Source of the DNA: Octopus vulgaris
Lineage: Eukaryota
Reading direction: 5' to 3'
Assembly: GCA_951406725.2 (NCBI GenBank)
Contig: OX597814.1
Coordinates: 65,038,001-65,102,000 of the forward strand
Length of the DNA stretch: 64,000 bases
The notes below the pieces were generated by a model, which saw only the letters and a program-made list of their open reading frames with translations, did not search any database and was not told the DNA's origin. Position 1 is the stretch's first letter. Each line of letters begins with the position of its first letter. This document shows, piece by piece, positions 41,562 through 54,672 of this stretch. Made by a program: the position numbers and the translations under genes.

Positions 41562-42046
41562 AATTTAGTTAACCAAGCGCGCATTTGGAATTACAAAATC
41601 CTATCCGCATGCTTACGAGCATATATGTATAATATATAATATATCCATGCATGCTTGCACAAAAGCATATGAACATAAAATAACCATCTCTCTTGTGATA
41701 TATTTCCGTTTGTGTAAATATGTGGATATAACATTCACGTAGAAAATGCAGATATATGTGAGTGTTGACATCTGAGGTTTGTGAGGTATATACGTTATGA
41801 AACGTGCATAAAACAAGATATCCGTATGCGCACCAAACCGTTGATTCCCATACCAGCTTATATCTGTATAATGCCTTGCGGTATTTGTCTAATATCTTCA
41901 TATTCTGTTTTCGAATTTTACTGGGATCAACTTCGTTTTTCATTACTCTGGGATTAATAAAAATAAAAGTATCAGTCAGCCCCCAGTAAATACCAAAATT
42001 TATTTAGTACGTGTACATACACACACGCGCGCACACACACACAGAC

Positions 42047-42101
<55 letters not shown>

Positions 42102-42104
42102 AGG

Positions 42105-42300
42105 AATCTGTCTGTATTGCGGGAACCGGATCTGTTCCTTATGTGGTATAGTTCTCCGTCTCAGTGTCATACTTATCTGTTCTATATAGTTATATCCAAA
42201 ACTTGAGCAAGTTCTAATATAAATTAGATTCTCGGAAGGACAAGTGAAGCTGGTTTTAAGTGTGAAGGTATTATTCAGGAAATCCATGAGTAAAGCGGAC
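42105..42300 (-). mobile_element. Penelope-like GIY-YIG endonuclease relic
   Basis: FTCPSENLIYIRTCSSFGYNYIEQISMTLRRRTIPHKEQIRFPQYRQIP. Confidence 0.8.
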
Positions 42301-42304
42301 ATCA

Positions 42305-42960
42305 TCAGGCTACTAGTTACGTAAATCTTCTTGTTGAGTTTTGTTCAGATTTCTCTTAATCTTTTGAAAAGCGCCAGATTACAACCGGAAGTTGCACCCA
42401 TCAGTGAGTCAAAACAGCGAAAAACTAACTAAAAAATGTGATGACGGCAAGGGGAGTACAACAGGTGACAATTGAAAAAATTTTCTAGATTTGTACTGGC
42501 ACCATTCACTCAACCTGTGTTGTTTGCTGTAGCATCACAACAAGTGCCTGAATTTTGTCGGTTACACCTCACTTCTCCATTGCTTGTTAAACAGCCATGG
42601 CTTGTTGTTCCCCTGAAGATGTGGAATTTCAGGGACTCCTTGCCTTGAAAAATTACCATTATTGCCACTCTGACAACCTTTTCAACGCTGAGAGCAGCTT
42701 TCCATCCCAGTGTAACACTAATTCTTGACAGTTCTTTAGGTTAAATCTGTGCTGTATTTCTATGTATCTCACTTCACTAAATTTGGTTCTGACGCACATA
42801 TATTGTACCCTCACTCGCTCACAGCTGGCCGCCGACTAGATAACGGCGAAAAATTGGTGTTTGCCCTATACCTGCTCTCTGTCCCCAGCTTTGCAAGTTG
42901 CCTTCCTCATTATATTTATAGTCACTTAGCCTTCTATTACCAAGAACAAGTTTGCACAAG
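42305..42960 (-). mobile_element. hAT-superfamily transposase relic (HWDGK/CRHH type)
   Basis: LVLHWDGKLL, CDATANNTG.VNGASTNLE, LLYSPCRHHIF.LV, MGATSG...LFKR. Confidence 0.75.
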
Positions 42961-43400
42961 TTTTTAATGAAAGAGAAAATTATATAAGAGATAAAATATC
43001 TTTATCTGAAGTTTTCCGGGTGAAAACTTAAAAACTTCATGATCGATGAGGGTCGCCTTGAAGTTGTTCAACTGAGCTAAAATTTTTTTTTTTTGTTTTT
43101 TGCTAATTGCAACAAGAGAGGGGATGGGAGCTAAACTTTTAAATATTTGAAAAATAAAGGCCACTCTACTATGTGTGTACGCCGCGTAGGTGGTTTCCAT
43201 GGCATGGAAGTATCTCTACTCCCTGCGTGTAGTTTCTATTTAGAATGGGTAATGTTTCATTTATAAAGACATCTTCTTGTATTTGTCTAAGTGATTGGTC
43301 CTTTGTGTATTTGGATAAAATGCAGATGTCATTTCGGCCCAGAGTGACGCCATATTGGTCTTTAGCTTGTTCTTAGTATACGGACGACTGTTATACTCTC
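42961..43400 (-). mobile_element. Penelope-like thumb/linker relic, probably the same element as 42105-42300
   Basis: YAAYTHSRVAFIF, ISKKQKKKIL; resembles the PLE linker (THNP, SKRQPK). Confidence 0.45.
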
Positions 43401-43989
43401 CCCAGTGTTCGATTAGCTTCCTCTGAACTCCTAGATGTATGCCGTGTTTCTGTCCTTACAAACTCCTTCCATGAACCTTATGCTGCAGACTACGTGCCTA
43501 GTTTTACAGTATCTGCATGTATACACTCATATACATAAGTATTTCAACGTTTTTAAAATTGTGCTGGAGTTGTGTGACAGGTTAAGGGTACTGAGGCTGA
43601 CTTCCTTAGAGGGAAGACGCCAAAAATATCCATGGAAGATTCTGAAAGTTCTAGCTCCCAACTAGAAGTAAAAGCTAAATCAATGAAGTGGAAGGCACTG
43701 CATAGTACCAAACAGCCCATCTTCCGCAGGTAGAATAAGGTGTCAGTGCTGTCACAGCTTGGGTTTCAAGGGCCAACAATTATTCAACGTTTTGTCAAAC
43801 AACCTCAGACATCTGCCATAGTGTGCAGATATAATGTAATTTTGCAATTTCTTAGGGAACAAGCTCAAAAAGGATTTATTTATAGAGATCAAAAGTTTGT
43901 GCTGACGTTAACACACTCTCTCCATCTGAAATTGATGTTGTCTGAAAAGGTGTACGGTGTACCACGCACCAAGTGTCGATGTGGTCGTA

Positions 43990-44110
43990 GAGCAACATAA
44001 GATAAAATGTTTTGGTCAAGATCGTAACGCTACTCCCCGTCTAGAAGTCGAAACCACAATCTTGCGACCGTGAATGCAACATCCAAGACATTAGGCAATC
44101 CACCTTCATT
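43990..44110 (-). mobile_element. tRNA-derived SINE head (family C-like)
   Basis: Minus strand ttgcctaatgtcttggatgttgcattcacggtcgcaagattgtggtttcgactt. Confidence 0.6.
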
Positions 44111-44189
44111 ATATATGTATATGCAAAGATATACATTAGAGACGGGACAAATATTACACACACACACAAGCACGCGCTTACACTTATAT

Positions 44190-44302
44190 GGCGCAGGCGT
44201 GGCTGTGCGGTAAGAAGTTTGCTTCCCAATCACATCGTTTCTGGTTCAGTCCCACTGAGTGGCATCTTCTGCTATAGCCTCCGGCTGACCAAACCCGTCG
44301 TG
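44190..44302 (+). mobile_element. SINE family B, 5' part
   Basis: ggcgcaggcgtggctgtgcggtaagaagtttgcttccc. Confidence 0.85.
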
Positions 44303-44406
44303 TAGATACATCCATCCATCCATCCATCCATCCATCCATCCATCCATCCATACATACATACATACATACATACATACATACATACATACATACATACATA
44401 CATACA

Positions 44407-45065
44407 TGATGGCTGCCCGCTCGTTATCGAGTATGGCCATTGCACGAAGCTTAACTGTTATGGGTGCTGAGATCGAATGTGACTTTTATTTGTTCTTTAG
44501 GCTACAGCCAGCTATTCAGTTGAGACTCACAGCACTATCAACAATCATGAACAATGTTGCTATCGTGCAATGCCTCTGCAAGAAGATTTATTTTAAAGTG
44601 AGGAAAAGATGTGCACTGAGTCAATCCCACTCACTAAGCAACAGCAGTCATAATCCGAAAAGAAGAACAAGTCAACATCATCGGAAACCACTGAGCCGCA
44701 GGTTTTATGCCGGAGTTATCCTAGTTACCTGAGTTAACTTCTCCTAGAAGGATGCCCTAACAAAGGCTAGGAGTCCTTCACTCCCAATGGTTTAACCGCG
44801 CGATCGGGTATTCAGTCCGATTATTTCTATGTCCCCGCGCATGATACAGCCTTAAAAAAAATACACATTTATTGGACGGCCGTTGACTCTCAAGAGTTCA
44901 TCCGCTCTTTGACGGGTTTTGTTTTTCATGCCGCAGGGTGTCCAATAAACACCCTTCTCACCAAGCAAGCTTGGTGGGGTTGCCGGTTTAGACGCCGACG
45001 GCCCGACCATGCAACAGGTTGTACTGGGTTACATGTTACCAGTAGCACACGAAAGTGACCTGACG
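44407..45065 (-). mobile_element. non-coding, structured RTE-5'UTR-like retroposon within (CATA)n
   Basis: Flanked by (CATA)n on both sides; contains ctagcctt.gttagggca..ctaggagaag..aactc, resembling RTE leader motifs; several hairpins. Confidence 0.55.
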
Positions 45066-45083
45066 TATACATACATACATACA

Positions 45084-45119
<36 letters not shown>

Positions 45120-45319
45120 TAGATATATACATATATATATATTAATAAAAGAAATAAAACATATGCATATATATAAACATATGTACGTACCTACCTCTAC
45201 ATGTACATATACACGCATATATGAGTACAGGACACCAAAGGGACGTCGAACACAAGAGAATATATATATACACACATATATATGTGCATATATATATACA
45301 TATATATGTGCGTGTGTGT

Positions 45320-45505
45320 GTGTCTCCTCCCTGCCATCGCTTGACAACTGATGCTGGTGTGTTTATGTCCCAGTAACTTAGCAGTTCTGCGAAAGGGACC
45401 GATAGAATAAGTAATAGGATAAGTCCTGGGGTCAATCTCTTCGACTAAAACCCTTTAATTAGCCAGCATCGCCAGTGAAATGACTGAAACAAGAAAAAGT
45501 AAAAG
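45320..45505 (+). mobile_element. SINE family B, 3' half
   Basis: ccatcgcttgacaactgatgctggtgtgtttatgtccc..aaatgactgaaacaag. Confidence 0.85.
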
Positions 45506-45959
45506 AATACACACACACACACACATGTATGTATGTATGAATGTATGTATGTATGTATGTATGTATGTATGTATGTATGTATGTATGTATGTATGTATGA
45601 ATGTATGTATGTATGTATGTATGTATGTATGTATGTATGTATGTATAAACACGCAATATACATAAATACCCTGTTCATTGCAGGTAAATTATACAAGTAT
45701 TCAAATATGTAATATTGGTGTTTTCTACATGAAATTTTGACGATAAAATGTTTTTAATTTCCCAGAAAAGGTGAATGAAAAATTTTCTATACATGAAGTC
45801 AGAAACATATCTTTCAGATATATGTTTTATGATTTTATTAACTTTTTTTCAGTATGTGCCAATATATCCAATATTTTTATTGTTTTCTTTCCTCAAATAT
45901 TGTATAAATAACTAACGTTTCGATTTTTCTTAGTTGTTTTCTTTAAGATTCAATCAGTA

Positions 45960-47040
45960 GAATCTACTGCATTTTCACTTCGTCTCCTGACAAGCATAAC
46001 AACCATTGCATTTTCTATGTATTCACCTTTTGGATGCCTTAATATTTATAATATTCATTATGTTGACTAGTACAAGAGCGATTCTATATTTCATCCACTT
46101 CAGGAAGACGGATAAGCAAAGTTGATATGGATGGCTAATTTTGAAAAATGCATGCAAATCTATAAAACCAAAACTGTAGGTAGTTTGCTTGCCCGATACT
46201 TTAATGATCCTATCAGTTCTGCAGGGATGGTATTGTCCTCTAAGTCTTCAAATATTTAAAATTTGCAATAAATTTAAAAGATTTTTCGTTTGTGGAGTAT
46301 CTATGTGCCCCGTCTCATATATGACCTTCATAATATCCACATTGCCGCTCTAAATATATAATGTATTTACCACTGACACCAGGATTTTGTGATTCGTGCA
46401 ATTTTTGATAATGCTGATATCTATTCTAGATGTTTCTATGCGCAAAAAAATGTGATTCCCTCTAAAATCACTGTAAATTCAGGCGCTACAGATTTTATTT
46501 CTTCAGTAAGTAAATTTATTCGGCAATCGTTTTCAAAATGATGCCGTCAATATTTATTATTCGATCGTGAAATGAATCCCTATCTACGGTATGCTCTTTC
46601 AAGTCGGTGGAATATGTCTTTTGTACTATCATGTACACTCACAACTTTTCCTAAAACATTTATGTTACTTCTTACAGGTTATATTTCAAACATCTTCCAT
46701 CGGTCTCCGTTTCTCTTTTCTTTTTTCTTTCTTTTTCCATCGGAGTTCTTTAAACAAGTTAACTGCGTAAGAACTCCACGGCATAACATGTTGTTTTGCT
46801 TGGAATTAGAATTTTAATGAGAAATTACCAGTTGCATAACAGAAACAAAACACACAAACTCATGTATGCAAGATAAATTATTGAAATTAAGTATTGAAAA
46901 AAGTATTGAAAATGCATTTCCTCCAAGAAAATTTGGTCGTGACACTTGGGATAATATGCAAATGTGAAGAGGATCACGAATCAATCTATGTTTTATCCTC
47001 AGCTTCAGAAATTTTACACATGCATACATCAAAATTGAAA
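45960..47040 (-). mobile_element. highly decayed hAT-like transposase relic
   Basis: Scattered peptides ETDGR, MRRGT.I (TRWGTW-like), EYIENAMVV. Confidence 0.3.
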
Positions 47041-47419
47041 TCAATATATATCATTATTATTATTATCTACCAGATATATACTTAACGTAAATGACGTGTA
47101 TTTGTCTGTAGGCTGGGAGCAAGCTTGATGGAGATTACTCTCTCAAAGCGCTTAAAGTTAAATAGATAAACCGTGTTAAGGTAGATAAACCATGCGTGTG
47201 AAAACCGCAAACAAAGCTGCACAGGAATATCTACCGTGGAGGAACATGTACAGCAACAGAACCAAATAAGCTCACATCAATGTTATATTAAAGGATGTTA
47301 GCACACTTATCCAAAAGAAACACGTAGCGGCTTGGGATTGGAATCTAATGAAAATAACATAAAACTAATAAGCAAAATTTGAAAATGTATAAGTCTCTAT
47401 TCTTCTTTATGATGTCTTG

Positions 47420-47462
<43 letters not shown>

Positions 47463-47940
47463 GGGAAGCTTTATGAAAATAGACAAAAGACGAAGGCAGG
47501 TTTACGGAAATAAACAAAAGACGAAGGCAGGTGGAATACAAACAAACAATTGTATTAGTATGGCGCTCAGGAAATATAAATAAAACAAGTCTTTAACGTT
47601 TCGAGCCTACGCTCTTCAACAGAAAGATACACAGAGAAAAAACACAGAAAGAAGGAGAAAAAAAAATGCGTGCAGAGACTAGCGAATCAACATGGCGATC
47701 TGATTTCGGCCAGAAGTCAAAGATCAAACATGAGACGCAAGAGCGAAATTAGGGGAGATAATAGGGTTGAATGACCTCGCTCCAACATAAGAGTGTGTGT
47801 GTGTGTGTGAGAAGAGTGTGTGTGTGTGTATGAGAGAGTATTAGTGCGTATGAGAGGTCTGGACGTGTGTATGTATATATGATGTGATGTGTAAAGTCGT
47901 ATGGTGTAGTGTAGAGAGAGGAGATGAGGGAAGAGTTCTG
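47463..47940 (-). mobile_element. Penelope-like 3' end with pLTR
   Basis: Architecture resembles 26819-27500 (CA-rich 3' region, HHR, aca(a)aagac terminus at (TA)n); short tandem duplication at the end. Confidence 0.7.
47590..47627 (-). ncRNA. minimal hammerhead motif with A6U core and intact stems
   Basis: UCUUU-CUGUUGA-a-GAGC-guag-GCUC-GAAAC-GUU-AAAGA. Confidence 0.7.
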
Positions 47941-48958
47941 TATGTACAACTTCAAGCTCAAAGATGTATGTATAGAATATAACCTTTATAAATGTATTTT
48001 AAAGCCATATAGTCATATGTTAACTGTCATAAATGCTAAGTAGTGAAATATGTCTTAGTAGTGAAAGATAGATGTCTTAATTAGGCATGTAATGTTAGAG
48101 TTATAAATGAGAAAAATCTAGAGGAGATTTAATTGGCGTTTCTGGATTGCCAGATATGTTTGAATTTTCTGTTACTAATCACAAAGAAAGTCGAGATACC
48201 ATTATAATCTCTACTAAGTGACAACTTAACATGCCGACCCAAATATCCGTCACAATTTTACCATAAAATCACCGACGTATCTCTTACTCCGTCGTTATTT
48301 ATGTGTTTACAAAAAATTCCAAAGTCTAAACAAAAATTTTGATCTTTCTTAAAATCCTGGAGAACTAACTATTTTGGTTCCGATCTCTTCAGAAATATTA
48401 GTATATTTTAACCCTTTATAATTCTGATTATATCTAAGAGGAAAAAATAGTCTGAATAGTTTCTGCATAGATTTTCTTTCTTATAAACATTTCAATTATT
48501 AAGTATTCAGTTAATAAGTTCTGCTCTGCTAGATTTCCACACATGAATTACGTTTATATAGTACGCTCATTCAATATTTATTTGTCTTCCTCTTTTTTTG
48601 ATATTCTTGATAATTTTTGGTCACTGTTATTGTCTTTTCTTTTCACAGTTATTTCAAAGACTACTTGGAAGATTGCACACATTTCATCTGGAATTCTTCA
48701 TGTCAGTTTAACGAACGAAGTATGTTGAAGGTGGTCTTATAATTCTTAGTAATTGTTATTAAAACAAGACTTATGGACATATGGCTGAAGCGAAATTCTG
48801 ATACATCTGCGTACATTATTCATTTATTTAAAACGTTTTCTTGTTTATATGTGTGTAGGTGTGTGTGTGTGTGTGAGTGAGTGTGCGTGCATAACCACCA
48901 GCTACTCACAACCCTTACACTTATATACCCACATGCAAAACAATTATTAAACACACAT

Positions 48959-48999
<41 letters not shown>

Positions 49000-49101
49000 C
49001 GAACATACATACGTGTAAGTGCGTGAAATATGCGTTTGTATGTATGTAAGCATGTAAATAGACATATACGTAGGTGTGTGTACACACACACACACACACA
49101 A

Positions 49102-49146
<45 letters not shown>

Positions 49147-49249
49147 CGTACATATTTACATACATACACACATATGCGCTACACACACGCGCGCTCACGC
49201 ATATTTCGCGCACTTACATACACACACACAGGGACCAGTTATGCATACC

Positions 49250-50760
49250 TCAATCTTTGAAAGTCACATGTTCTTTGTCAATCAAGCTCCCGGTCAGTAA
49301 TTTAGCGTTCCACGTGTCTTTCTGTAGACAATCCGTCTTTTTCATTTTTCCATTTTTCTGGACTTCCTTCTCGTGTCCAACAAAAAGCTATGCTCAAAGT
49401 ATCATGTTTTCACTCTGTCTTCCCTGTGAAATTTTGCCGAGCATTGAATTAAGATATTCAATATTTTACGTACATTTAACTTTAGTTATTTTTGCTATTT
49501 CTTTGGTAAATCCATGTACTGTCTGTTGTAATGTTTCCAACTGTTTGTCATCTTAGATCATTTATATACAAGAGATGGTTGATTATTTTACCGTAGCAGT
49601 TGAATCCACACTGAGTTTTGGTTAGCATGTCAGCTAAAGGCGTCAGTGCTTGGAAGAAAAAGAACGGAGAGAGCGAATCTCCTCGGGTTGTTTCTCTTCT
49701 AATGAGGATGGCTTTAGATTTTATAGTTTCCTCTTTTGTCTGGAGTTCAAACACCGTTAGTCGTTCATTCTTGGCTTGTTTTATGTATTCCATTATTATT
49801 GGTGTTATGTTGTTCATAGCAAAAATCCTTTCGATCATCGACTCAAGCCATGCTTAGACCCTTCGTTTTCTTTCGGCTGCCTTCAGTTATATTTTTTTTT
49901 TATCAATACCTTATCTTTACAGTTATATGAGCCTGTGCAGCATTCCATCTGCTCTTCCAGAAACAAGTTGTTTTCTTCCACATGTTTGCCATTTCTTTGC
50001 GATGTTATTGCAGCTAAGGCTTTGTAAATTGTAGGGAGACATGTTATGGAACTATTTTGGCGGGGTGGGGGGGTTGTCGTTCCAAAGGATTTAGGAATTA
50101 GGATAGATTTTCCTCCTCTGATCCATTCAGGTGTTGTCTCTGGCTCTACTAGTATCTCGTTGAATTTCTTGTTTTCCTGTAAGACATTTTAGCCCCAAAC
50201 TGGGGATCTTGTGGGGCCAGGTTGCTCTCCAATTGCTTAGTTTTAGCACGGCTTGAATGACCTCTTACGTTGTTATAGGTATCCAGAGTTGTTCAGGTAC
50301 TGTGTTTGTTGTTTTAATAGATCTTGTCTGGGGTTATTCTCTCGCCGGCCTTACTCCTTTCCAAAATTCTTCCACTCCTTGTGCTGTTGGTGCAGCATTA
50401 ATCTCTATTTTACTTTTGCCAAGTTCTCATAAGAATCATTTTGGATTGGAATTGAACTATTTGTTTTCTTCAAAGAATCGTTGACGTCTCGCACACCGGC
50501 GAATTCTTTGGTCTTTGGTGAGGATATCTTGCTTTAGCTGTTCTTTTAGTTTAGGTATGCCTTGTTCTGTTATTTTGTATTCCTATAGTATTTTTCTTTC
50601 TTTCTTGTTGCTTAGCTGTGTTGTTTGCCGACTAATTTCATAATGGATTGACATGCTTTCTTTTTATTTTCTACTTTTTTTTCTGAATATTATTTTTCCA
50701 TAGCGTTTGTTTTGGTTGGGGTACTCCTATATGGATAAATTTGAGAGAATAACCAATTTC
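49250..50760 (-). mobile_element. R4/Dong-type non-LTR retrotransposon RT relic
   Basis: KLSNWRA, PEWI.GG..LIPK, ITCLPTIYK, GDSLSP..F...LTPL, INHLLYIND. Confidence 0.85.
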
Positions 50761-51487
50761 TTTTGTAGCCAGAGACGCTGCTGCATATATTATATAATTT
50801 AATCTGGCCATATTGACAATTTAAGAAATGAAAACAACAGCGAGCATTTGTGGCAGAAAGAGGAGCGGCATACCCCAGTTTCCAGTGTACCATCAATTAC
50901 ATCACTAGAAATGCTGGAAATAGCGAGAAATTTAGACACTGTTTCGTGACCATTGCAGCCAGCTATGGGACTATTTTCATTTGATGAGGAGGAAGAAATG
51001 ACATACTGCCATGAAGAACAAACTGCCACTGAAAACACAAGAGATAACAGATGAAGAAATACCTTAAGTTAGACAAGTGAACAACAACAATGCGCGGCAA
51101 AAAGATCCTAAAATGGTTGTTCATCATCAGAAAATAACGGTGGGTTCACAGAAGCTCGTCAGCCTCGAAGAGACATAACAGAAAAGTATTACAAAATGTC
51201 CTACAAGCTTGAGAATGAAATGTTCGCGGAAAATAGTTTAATAAAATATGCGAACCATAGAATATTATTAAAGTTCACACAAACATTTATGAATTCAGTC
51301 TCGAATATTTTATGAATTCCCTAACTTTCTGAACCTCAAATGTTTAGCAGATGCATTTGGGTGCACCATAACTGAAAACAAGCGGAGTTGGCCGAAGAAA
51401 TTTGCAGAGTGTTTTGGTCCAAACTATCTATAGATTTTTAAATTCAAAAGATATTCAATTAAAATTAAAATTCTATCCTATTTTACA

Positions 51488-52045
51488 TCTATATACTACT
51501 AAAACTATCTGATTGCTTGCTTGCTTGTCCTTTAATACAGCCAAACCAGCGCATAATCAGAAAATACTCTGAAAGTAAAGCACCCCTGAAATGTGAATAC
51601 AATTGGAATAAAACAATTTTCGCCTTAATCGGACCACGGATACCTGCGATCGGCAGGTTTTTTTTTGCGGGGGGCATTCATAAATAGCCAAAACCGTGCA
51701 TAATGGGAAAATACTCTGAAAGTAACATAACTCTGAAATGGAAAAGGTATTTAATTTATTTTGTGTTTACGTTATATAACAGTTCCTTATGCATTTTTGT
51801 AGAAGTGTGCATACATACCATAAATATATACTGTTACTGGATTTCAGTTTATCCTGGAGGATTTCTATTAGATACTGTAAGAAATCAATAAAACTTTGTA
51901 AACCAGACCTATGATGACACGAACGAATTGAAATATTTATCTGAATCACCATAAAATTAACTTTCATTTCAATGCAATGTTGAAATCAGATTCAATGTTT
52001 TATAACCAGAATGGTCTGTGAGTCAACGGGTCACGGATAGTCTAG
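51488..52045 (+). mobile_element. non-autonomous Helitron
   Basis: A|TCTATATAC start; subterminal hairpin tctgtga..tcacgga; CTAG|T end; internal ~60-bp direct repeat at about 51540 and 51687. Confidence 0.75.
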
Positions 52046-52269
52046 TATTCTACTAAAATTCAAAATTTATCTTATTTTAATCATTGTACTTTACTTTGTT
52101 TCAAAATCATATTTCAATTTACTAAATTTGTAATCCATTTGTTGTATAATGTTTTCACAGACCTCTCGTTTTATAAACCGTTTATTTTCTTCTACAGGCT
52201 TACATGCATTGCATTTTATGTATGAAATCATTTCGGATAATACCTAAATATCAATATGTATTTGTATTG

Positions 52270-52460
52270 TTAGAATCGCTAGAGTGTCGGGAACATAACT
52301 TGCATCATTCATTCCACTCATTATCTTCTTAGTTCAATACTACCTAGGTCAACAGCGCTTTTCATCACTCCAGGACTGATAAAATATATTATTGCACCAG
52401 TCAAGGATGTTATCGAATAGATTTACCCTTCAAATTTGATGGACCTATACCTAATTCGAA
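52270..52460 (+). mobile_element. SINE family A, very degenerate
   Basis: agaatcgctagagtgtcgg..agttcaatac..ggtcaac..gcttttcatc. Confidence 0.45.
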
Positions 52461-52757
52461 AAGAACTATCAACTGTCGCTGGGAACAATCCTTCATGTTG
52501 AGGTTAGTCTTCCTGATAATTGATTTAAAACTTGGGTGGTAGTGGCAGGTGTGCTTTCATCTGTTGTCACAAAAGATTTTAAGCTGAAAGAAAACTAGTA
52601 AGAAATGTTTCCATGTGTATTTTGTGTTGTATTTTTTTCTCATTCTCATCATCGCACTCTTTCCTGTTGCAAACTACCTTTTCCAGAAATGTCCGTAATA
52701 ATACTGGAACTTAGTAGAACTTTCTTATGATACATTGTTATTCCTGCAAGCTTTTTA

Positions 52758-52817
<60 letters not shown>

Positions 52818-53010
52818 CGTATTTGTTAACGCTTTAAATAGATTCCAGTAGACAATTAATATTGTTTAGTGAAGGAGAAATGGAAAATAACAAAGAAAAT
52901 CTCAACATAAACAAAAGTCTCTCAATCTATCCTATGTGTCTGCCTTTCTCTTTATATACATAAGCATACATATATACATACATTCATACATCTGTCTCTC
53001 TCTCTCTCTG

Positions 53011-53054
<44 letters not shown>

Positions 53055-53094
53055 GATATATGTATGAATGTATAAATGTATATATATATATGTA

Positions 53095-53141
<47 letters not shown>

Positions 53142-54174
53142 ATACGTATATGTATATATATACATACATATAAATAAGTATATATATATATATATATATA
53201 TGTAAGTATATATGTATATATGTATGTATGTATATATATATGCACCTATGTATGTCTGTGTTATTCTATGTATGTGGTTTAGAAAATAAGAAGCATGTAG
53301 GAAAAGAGTTTGCTTATACCACAGCTAAATCTCTATGTGCCAAGGCGATTATCTCCAATTGGTTCTGGGATGAAGTCCAAAACAGCTGGGATGAAATGTG
53401 TGCAACGTATGTTTTTTACTTGTACTCCAGCAACATCTAGGAATACCGCCCTTCTGGAATCAGTGATGTGTGTATTAGAACCATTGTTTTTCGTGGCGTA
53501 GCTACCACGTGTTGTACAGTTGCCGATGAAACAGGGGATTAAGTAGTTGTTAGAAAGTAAGAAAAAAATGAAATACAACAGAACTAGCGAGCGAAATGTA
53601 CGAAAACATGTGTATATGCGTGTGTGTATGTGTGAGTGCGCGCGTGCGAGCGTGCGTCCGTGCGTGCGTGCGTGTGTGTGAGTAGAGAAGGTTGTAAAAT
53701 GATGTCGAGGAGAAAGCGTAAAATTTTTTTTTCTTCGAGTTGGAAAGGAAGTGACAAGAAAGGAAGCGCTAAATTCAAAGTAAACAGACATAATAGCACA
53801 TAATAAAAACGAAAACAGAGAGAAATTTAATAAAAACAAACCGAACAGATTCGTTCAGAAACCTTGTTTATGTGTATTTTCAAACGTAAACGACGTAAAA
53901 CCAATAGCTACGTTGATATTAATTAGCCAATAAGCCAATAAGCAAGCAAATGGAATAAAAAGAGAGACTAAAAATAGGAAAACAAAATATATCAATCAAA
54001 TTTTATCATATTGTTGCCTTTGTCTTCATTTTTTTCCAGATATAGATTCATTAGTCTATTGTATAACATTAGATCATCGTTGTCTTGAAAGACTCATGAA
54101 TGCAGCAAAGCACAAATGCTCGCTCACAAACAGATATACATATACATACACACATATACAGATATAAATATTGT

Positions 54175-54610
54175 GTGCAGGCGTGGCTGTGTGGTAAGTA
54201 CCTTGCTTACTAACAACATGGTTCCCGGTTCAGTCCCACTGCGTGGTACCTTGGGCGAGTGCCTTCTACTATAACCTCGGGTTGACCAAAGCTTTGTCAG
54301 CAGATTTGGTAGACGGAAACTGAAAGAAGCCCGTCGTATAAATATATATATATAGATATATGTATGTATGGATGATGCATGTGTCGACAGATGGATGCAT
54401 GCATGCATTTCTGCGTCTGTGTTTGTCCCCTGACCATCGCTTGACAACGTATGGTGGTGTGTTTACGTCCCCGTAATAAAGCGTATCGGCAAAAGGAACC
54501 GATATAATAAGTACTAGGCTTACAAAGAATAAGTCCTGGGGTCGATTGTTCGACTAAAGACGGTGCTTCAGCATGGCCGCAGTCAAATGACTGAAACAAA
54601 GAAAAGAGTA
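54175..54610 (+). mobile_element. SINE family B, full length
   Basis: tRNA-like head gtggctgtgtggtaag/ggttcagtccc, internal TA tract, 3' aaatgactgaaacaaagaaaaga. Confidence 0.9.
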
Positions 54611-54637
54611 AATGAGTAAAAGAGTACACATATATAT

Positions 54638-54672
<35 letters not shown>

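Noticed and set aside
45905-45960. Minus-strand CTGATTGA...GAAACGTT hammerhead-like motif
   Set aside because: Extra core base and no consistent stem I or II
53333-53839. 168-aa minus-strand ORF as a host exon
   Set aside because: Partly repeat-derived, no recognisable domain, weak splice sites
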